Origin: an uncultured bacterium
Lineage (GTDB): Bacteria; CAIJMQ01
Direction: 5' to 3'
Assembly (NCBI GenBank): GCA_964573245.1
Contig: CAZNJA010000049.1
Location: 1-10,299 of the forward strand
Length of the DNA stretch: 10,299 nt
The notes under the pieces were generated by a model. The model was not told the origin of the DNA and made no database searches. It saw nothing but the letters and a program-made list of their open reading frames with translations. Both the position numbers and the translations under genes were made by a program. Shown here piece by piece: positions 5,060-10,299 of the stretch; the stretch's first letter is position 1; every line of letters begins with the position of its first letter.

Positions 5060-7783
5060 CTATTGCGGAAAAACAAACCTCAAATAAGTATCTTGAACAA
5101 GCGCTTCCACTTCAAATGTTGCCTCTTCAGGCCAAAATTCGAATGTAAATATCGAGTCCTCTTTTACTTGTTGGAGCAATTCTTTTTTAAGTATAATTTC
5201 CGTATCAGTGTAATCGAAATCTGTATCCATACTTAGATAAGGCGAATTTGCACGCAGAATAGGTTCTTTATTTTCTTTGGTAAGCAGACTTATTTTATCT
5301 AATTTGACGCCGTTGAACGATATAGGAATTAAAAGCGTTGCATCATTACTAACTGATATTGTTTTTCTCGAAAATTGAGGTAAGTCATATCGGATGATAT
5401 TAAGCGGCATATCTACGCCTCGAGAAAAATCAAATATTAAAGTGGCAACAGCACCTATTCCTGCAGTTTCAAGTAGTTTTGCAACATATTCTTTTTTTAT
5501 CGTTGCCTCTAAAGAAGAATAAAGATAATCCATCCCCTTAATTAGCTTTTTATCCCCATTATAAATAGCGAGAAGTTCATTACCGTTAAGTGCCCAGCTA
5601 ATCTCTAAATCTTCTTCTACTTCCGCGTTAATCTTAAAATAGTAATTTATAGGGAATATAAATGAGTTTGGGATGCCTGAGCCTGCGTTTACAGTTATTT
5701 CTTTGAGTACTTCGTCTCGCCAAATTCTATTTTTTCTGTCATAGTATTGGCATTGATTCGCATTTCCATTGTCCCATAATATACAAGGCATACGATATTT
5801 ATATGCCCGCTTAGCAACATAATCGTGGTAATACCATCGCGACAATTGGCCGTTTTTTGACAGAGTCCCCCATTCGCTTATAATCACAGGTATCTTATTT
5901 TTAACAAATTTGTAATAAATCTGCCTAAGAGTTTTATATACTTCAGTCTTCTCCCCTGGAGTACCCCAACTCGTTACTCCGCGACAATTACTTAAAAAAC
6001 ACCAAGGTTTATAATAATGGACTTTAAGAATAATAAACTTGTCATCTGGCACTTCTAACTTCAATATTTCCAATATTTCTTCGCTCGCATATGCTAAGCC
6101 ACCAAGCACAACAAGCCGCTTGCTATTATGACCGCCTGATGGACGGATAATTTTTAGAACCCGTTCATGTAAATCATGCAGTTGCTCGTGTGTCAAATCA
6201 TATCTGGTCTCCGGAAAAAAAGGATTTTTTGGGGGGGCGAATTTTTTAGGACGACCTCTATCACTACGAGGCTCGTTCAAAATTTCAAATATCAATTTTT
6301 CACTTTTTCCCTTGAATCGTTCCGCAATTTGCTGCCAGAGTTTTTCAAATTTGCCTATGTTATTTTCATAATCATTCACATATTTACCCGTTTCCGGGTC
6401 AATTGCCATTTTAGATATCCAATCATTGTCATGATGAGTATTAATTATTACCCAGAAATCTCTTTTTAAAGCCCAGTCAATAACTTCTTCCACCCTATCA
6501 AACCATTGGGGGTCAATTTTATAGTCAGGCGCATGACCCATGTGATATGCCCACGTTACAGGAATCCTTACAGTCTTAAAACCTGCTTTTTTGATATCGT
6601 CAAAAATATATTCTTCAGCAGGAGGATTATCCCAAGAACCTTCAGTCGGCACTGCGTCTAATGTATTTCCTAAATTCCAGCCGGGAGACATTTGCTTGAC
6701 CGCTTCCTGCGGACTGACAGTCTCGAATTTTTCTATTGCGACCTCTTTGGGTTTTGTTGTGATTTGCCTGCTATCTTCCTTGGATAAGTATTCTCTTAAC
6801 CATGTCAAGGCAGGACGCCCCATACCATCGGCTCTTATTAAACAAGCGTCTTTTTCAGGAATAGTTTGTTGTCTATCTCCCCATATTGTTATTCCTTCTA
6901 TATTGGGGTGCTCCCACAATAAGGGGAATTGTTCCCGATATACTTGCAATTGTTTATCATCATCCGCAAGGTTTACTTCGTATCCTGTTATATATAGGGG
7001 CAAACCCGTCTGTGCTAACTTCTCCAAATGAAACCGTATCACGCTAATGTCTTTATCTTCTAAAAAATTACCCTGAATACCTATACCGTCTATTAAATTG
7101 TTTTTTCTCAAGAGGTTTATTATTTCTAAATAATCGTCTATTGAAGTCCAACCATTTAGAATTCCCCATTCATTTATGATTAATTTTGAGTTGGGACAGT
7201 ATTTTTTTGCTTTTTCAAAAGACCAAATGACCCAGTCCCATCCTGTTTTGCCATCGTCACCTAATGCTTGTTTGTAAAAAGGAGGTTCTCTTAAAGGTTC
7301 ATTAACTACAATGATATAGTCTGCGGCAGGATATCTTTGCCCGAAAAGCTCTACCCATTCTTCTATTTCTTTTCTCTGTTCAGCCAAAGAAAGAGAAGCA
7401 AGCCAATCGGGTTCTTGTTTGCCCCAAATTAGAGCATCCTGCGTAAATAAAAAGCCGTTGTTTTTTGCGTAGAGATAAATCCGGTCCAATCCGCTCCATT
7501 GCATATTGTTTCGGCTGAATTCGATTGAACGCCATTTACCATGGTTTTTGGGAGTCACTTGGTTCCAATAATTGCCAAATTGGTATGGGATATTGGAGCC
7601 TTCTCTTATTATATTGCCTAAAAATTTGTCCTCTGCGGAAGATTCAGGCTCTGCCTGAAGAGAAAAGAAAATAACAGCAAAAAACGCTGTTAATATTGTT
7701 AATAATCTAATATCTACATGAAAAAACCGGTATGTAAAATAATCCATTGTCAATTTTCTCATTTTTACAATTCCCATTCTCAT
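5060..7783 (-). CDS. Secreted multimodular glycoside hydrolase: degenerate GH10 + GH5 (subfamily 4-like endoglucanase/xyloglucanase) + X2/Ig-like + CBM46-like
   Basis: Hydrophobic signal ending SLQA. GH10 motifs WNQVTPxN.GKW, VVNEP, IDGIGIQG. GH5 motifs GWNLGNTLDA, VRIPVTW, IINTHHD, FEILNEP (acid/base), HYY.PW.F, IISEWG (nucleophile), WDNG. The C-terminal LNGNEL...G.DY...F.FS.G and TFEFW segments resemble the X2-CBM46 tail of Bacillus Cel5B-type enzymes. Several in-frame ATGs (7783, 7777, 7762, 7747) make the start uncertain. Confidence 0.9.
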   Translation of the reverse strand: MRMGIVKMRKLTMDYFTYRFFHVDIRLLTILTAFFAVIFFSLQAEPESSAEDKFLGNIIREGSNIPYQFGNYWNQVTPKNHGKWRSIEFSRNNMQWSGLDRIYLYAKNNGFLFTQDALIWGKQEPDWLASLSLAEQRKEIEEWVELFGQRYPAADYIIVVNEPLREPPFYKQALGDDGKTGWDWVIWSFEKAKKYCPNSKLIINEWGILNGWTSIDDYLEIINLLRKNNLIDGIGIQGNFLEDKDISVIRFHLEKLAQTGLPLYITGYEVNLADDDKQLQVYREQFPLLWEHPNIEGITIWGDRQQTIPEKDACLIRADGMGRPALTWLREYLSKEDSRQITTKPKEVAIEKFETVSPQEAVKQMSPGWNLGNTLDAVPTEGSWDNPPAEEYIFDDIKKAGFKTVRIPVTWAYHMGHAPDYKIDPQWFDRVEEVIDWALKRDFWVIINTHHDNDWISKMAIDPETGKYVNDYENNIGKFEKLWQQIAERFKGKSEKLIFEILNEPRSDRGRPKKFAPPKNPFFPETRYDLTHEQLHDLHERVLKIIRPSGGHNSKRLVVLGGLAYASEEILEILKLEVPDDKFIILKVHYYKPWCFLSNCRGVTSWGTPGEKTEVYKTLRQIYYKFVKNKIPVIISEWGTLSKNGQLSRWYYHDYVAKRAYKYRMPCILWDNGNANQCQYYDRKNRIWRDEVLKEITVNAGSGIPNSFIFPINYYFKINAEVEEDLEISWALNGNELLAIYNGDKKLIKGMDYLYSSLEATIKKEYVAKLLETAGIGAVATLIFDFSRGVDMPLNIIRYDLPQFSRKTISVSNDATLLIPISFNGVKLDKISLLTKENKEPILRANSPYLSMDTDFDYTDTEIILKKELLQQVKEDSIFTFEFWPEEATFEVEALVQDTYLRFVFPQ

Positions 7784-7803
7784 TTACTTTAACAATACAT
7801 GTA

Positions 7804-9222
7804 TTATCTTATCAAGCCATAAACAGGAACTTTTATAATTGGCTGGTAAACATTGTCAGTATGGAATATTATATCTCCTTTTATATTGCCTGTCGGCGCG
7901 TTTTCTTCCAAAACCGCGGTTATTTCATATTCCTTATTTTTGTTTTTAGGGATTGTGTATACTGAGATGCAATCAAACGGGTTTTCTACTTCTTTTATTT
8001 TGAAAGGTCCTTTGCATGTCGTAAAAATAGTTAACTTAGATACGCATTTTTCTCCTTTTTCTATAAAACCGAAGAAAAATGAAGATGGTTTAAACTCAAT
8101 ATCTCTTTTGATATTGCCAAAAATAGGAATTTCTATTTTCGGATATTCTTTGTCATTAGTATAAATAGTGAGGTTTTCCTGCAAATTGCCAAAAGGGATA
8201 TTAGAATCAAAAATAATTTCTATCTCGAATTTCTTAATATATTCTGTAATAGAATTTGCAATTTCTTTGATTTTGACAGAAATAAAATCAGAGGAGGTTT
8301 TTACTTTAAAAATTTTAAAATCTTCCGTTCCTATTTTATTGATATATAGTGTTTCAATAACATCCGCGCCCTTCTTGATATCTTCTAAAACCATTGTTTG
8401 TGGTGAGAAGCGAAGTTCCGTTTCGACAATTCCTTTAACCTGCAGTTTAACTATTGGGGTCACAGTATCATTGGAATACACATATACAGTTTGATTCTGA
8501 GACCCTTTATATCCGGCAGTATCAAAAACTACTTTTATCTCATCCTCACTTTGATAAGGGATACCTCTTTTGGAAAAAATAACATCAGTGCAACTACACG
8601 GCGTCCTTACTTTATCAATTACAAGTTTTTCTTTACCGACATTTTTAAATTTAAATATATGCTCTACTTTTTTTCCTCGCCGAACTACTCCAAAGTTATA
8701 AATATATTCTTTAAATCTTATATCCGGACCCCTTACTTCTATTTTGGGGAAAGAGCCCTCGTTTTTTGAAATTAAAAGAGCAAGCCCGGAATAAACACCG
8801 GTAAACTTGTCTTTGGTTATTAGGTACGGCTCCTTGGGATAATCTATTACGTTCAAATGATTCCCTTCAAATCCGTCTATTACAACACAATGATTATCCC
8901 AAAGATACGCAATTATCGGTATTTTCAGTTTAGAGAGTTCATCCAGCCCTATTTTCATCCCGACAGCATAAAGCCCTTTTGTTTTAGCCGCTTTATAAAG
9001 ACCCGCCATTGTCGTGCCTTTTGACTCATCATAGCCAGATAGTTTCTTTACTTCTTCAAGGTTCGTCGAAACTTCTAACTTTTGAAAGGCAACTAACAAA
9101 GCGTTGGGACCACACAGGGAATTAGGTTCAGGGACAGATTTAGATTGAGAAAACAGTAAAAATGGGAAAGACAAAAGAGCAAACAACAATAAAAAACTAC
9201 AAAAAAATGTTTTTGTTCTCAC
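7804..9222 (-). CDS. Secreted C39-like cysteine peptidase fused to DUF1573 and further Ig-like domains
   Basis: GTG start and a Sec-type signal. 'SLCGPNAL...GTTMAGLYKAAKTKGL...NHCVVID...VIDY' gives a Cys/His/Asp arrangement. DUF1573 signature 'YNFGVV..G..VEHIFKFKNVG...LVIDKVRTPCSCT'. Repeated modules end in 'YSND....VKLQVKG', 'IYTND...IEIPIFG' and 'FHTD...IKVPVYG'. Confidence 0.82.
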   Translation of the reverse strand: MRTKTFFCSFLLLFALLSFPFLLFSQSKSVPEPNSLCGPNALLVAFQKLEVSTNLEEVKKLSGYDESKGTTMAGLYKAAKTKGLYAVGMKIGLDELSKLKIPIIAYLWDNHCVVIDGFEGNHLNVIDYPKEPYLITKDKFTGVYSGLALLISKNEGSFPKIEVRGPDIRFKEYIYNFGVVRRGKKVEHIFKFKNVGKEKLVIDKVRTPCSCTDVIFSKRGIPYQSEDEIKVVFDTAGYKGSQNQTVYVYSNDTVTPIVKLQVKGIVETELRFSPQTMVLEDIKKGADVIETLYINKIGTEDFKIFKVKTSSDFISVKIKEIANSITEYIKKFEIEIIFDSNIPFGNLQENLTIYTNDKEYPKIEIPIFGNIKRDIEFKPSSFFFGFIEKGEKCVSKLTIFTTCKGPFKIKEVENPFDCISVYTIPKNKNKEYEITAVLEENAPTGNIKGDIIFHTDNVYQPIIKVPVYGLIR

Positions 9223-9238
9223 AATTAGAATTTATTCC

Positions 9239-10165
9239 CTACTTTGTTTCTTCCGCCTTTTTCAATTCTTCTTCTTCTTCAGGAACAATTACCCCCACTT
9301 CTTCAAGCAGTTCCCTTGCAGGAACATCTCTGCCGATTATCACCGATATATCTTGAATTTCATCTCGGACTCTTGTCCCTTCAGCCCATTCTATTATGAA
9401 TTGTTCGTCGGAAACACCCTGATTGATAGATATATTTGTAGCAGTAGTCACTTCCTCCCCGCTCCATATAACTTCAGTAGAAAGCCAAATGCCTCCCTTA
9501 AATTCCTGCAGTTTAAATGAATCCCACCACGCAATAACACCTTTGTCAGGATGAATTATTTCTATCTTTAACGGCTGGAATCTTCTGCCCGTATCTACCC
9601 AAACTTTATATTGCATTCCTCCCTCGGGAGCAAATTTGCCGCTGACTATATGACAAAGATGCCCATCAATATCTCCTGTCCCGATTAGTTCTGCGGTACC
9701 GTTTCTAAACAACCATATCCATTTACTCCCTTTATATCCAACAGTAAATTCTGGAGGAGGGGAAAAGTCCCTAAAAACTTGATAATTCTCGCCTTCAACA
9801 ATTATTCCATATCCAGAGTCCTTCGGTTTATCTAAATCCCGGCTCCAGCTGATTGTTTTTCCGCGGATATAGGACTCTACTCTCTGTATATTGGTGGCTT
9901 TGTCTCTGGCTTCCAGATACAGCATGTCTCCCTTTCTAATCCATTTTCCATCGTGCCCACAGTAAATTCCGTGTTTTCCGGGAAGGCATTTCTTCTGAAA
10001 ATCAAGAGTTATATCCTTAACTAAAGATGCGTTATGTTCAATTCCCGCGGCAATAAATTCCAAGGTTATGTTGTCGTCAACAGCAAAAGAAGGAGAATAT
10101 ATAGAAGAAAAACTAACTACAAATACTGTTAAAACAAATATTAATAAATACTTTTCCTTTTTCAT
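9239..10165 (-). CDS. Secreted hypothetical protein, LolA-fold/lipoprotein-sorting-like
   Basis: Signal peptide MKKEKYLLIFVLTVFVVSFSSIYSPSFA. 'IGTGDIDGHLCHIV...KVWVD......PLKIE' and 'NISINQGVSDEQFIIEWAEGTRV' resemble LolA-like family patterns. Acidic tail. The ORF itself is solid, while the fold assignment is tentative. Confidence 0.65.
   Translation of the reverse strand: MKKEKYLLIFVLTVFVVSFSSIYSPSFAVDDNITLEFIAAGIEHNASLVKDITLDFQKKCLPGKHGIYCGHDGKWIRKGDMLYLEARDKATNIQRVESYIRGKTISWSRDLDKPKDSGYGIIVEGENYQVFRDFSPPPEFTVGYKGSKWIWLFRNGTAELIGTGDIDGHLCHIVSGKFAPEGGMQYKVWVDTGRRFQPLKIEIIHPDKGVIAWWDSFKLQEFKGGIWLSTEVIWSGEEVTTATNISINQGVSDEQFIIEWAEGTRVRDEIQDISVIIGRDVPARELLEEVGVIVPEEEEELKKAEETK
9269..9323. repeat. 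55-bp exact direct repeat, copy 1
   Basis: TTCTTCTTCTTCAGGAACAATTACCCCCACTTCTTCAAGCAGTTCCCTTGCAGGA, identical to 10245-10299. Confidence 0.95.
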
Positions 10166-10223
10166 TTAATTTCTTTAAAAAATTAATGTTAACTATATAT
10201 TTTCTTTCTTAAAGACACATCTG

Positions 10224-10299
10224 TTATTTTTCTGTTTCTTGTATTTCTTCTTCTTCAGGAACAATTACCCCCACTTCTTCAAGCAGTTCCCTTGCAGGA
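10224..10299 (-). CDS. 3' end of a probable tandem paralog of the 9239-10165 gene (partial)
   Basis: Reads ...PARELLEEVGVIVPEEEEIQETEK* (TAA at 10226-10224), compared with ...PARELLEEVGVIVPEEEEELKKAEETK* in the neighbouring gene. Confidence 0.75.
   Translation of the reverse strand, partial: PARELLEEVGVIVPEEEEIQETEK
10245..10299. repeat. 55-bp exact direct repeat, copy 2 (runs to the window edge)
   Basis: Identical to 9269-9323 at an offset of 976 bp. Confidence 0.95.

Noticed and set aside
5018-5060. Possible terminator after the glycoside hydrolase gene
   Set aside because: Only a weak AT-rich imperfect inverted repeat is present, with no GC stem plus U-tract.
6176-9356. Plus-strand ORFs 6176-6469, 6591-7031, 7747-7965, 7853-8164, 8168-8494, 8491-8769 and 9162-9356
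   Set aside because: They overlap long motif-bearing minus-strand genes, and their Ser/Ile/Phe-rich composition is typical of antisense frames.
9269-10299. Diversity-generating retroelement TR/VR pair
   Set aside because: The copies are identical with no adenine-specific mismatches, and no reverse transcriptase is visible.

Overview
AT-rich bacterial window in which all supported genes lie on the minus strand. In transcription order (right to left): the 3' end of a paralog cut by the window edge; a secreted LolA-fold-like hypothetical protein; a secreted C39-type peptidase fused to DUF1573/Ig-like domains; a secreted GH10-GH5-X2/CBM46-like glycoside hydrolase whose GH10 module has lost its nucleophile; tRNA-Arg(TCT) and tRNA-Phe(GAA) with a structured spacer; a B12-binding radical SAM enzyme; and, from a near-consensus sigma70 promoter, an atypical FabF/KS-alpha-like ketosynthase (Cys-His-Asn instead of Cys-His-His). 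The ketosynthase overlaps (ATGA) a membrane-GAF-PAS sensor gene that is missing from the ORF track and runs off the left edge. Best leads: the ketosynthase-sensor pair as a possible signal synthase/receptor module, the GH10 pseudoenzyme, and the exported C39/LolA-like paralog cluster. All family calls come from motif recognition by eye, not from database searches.
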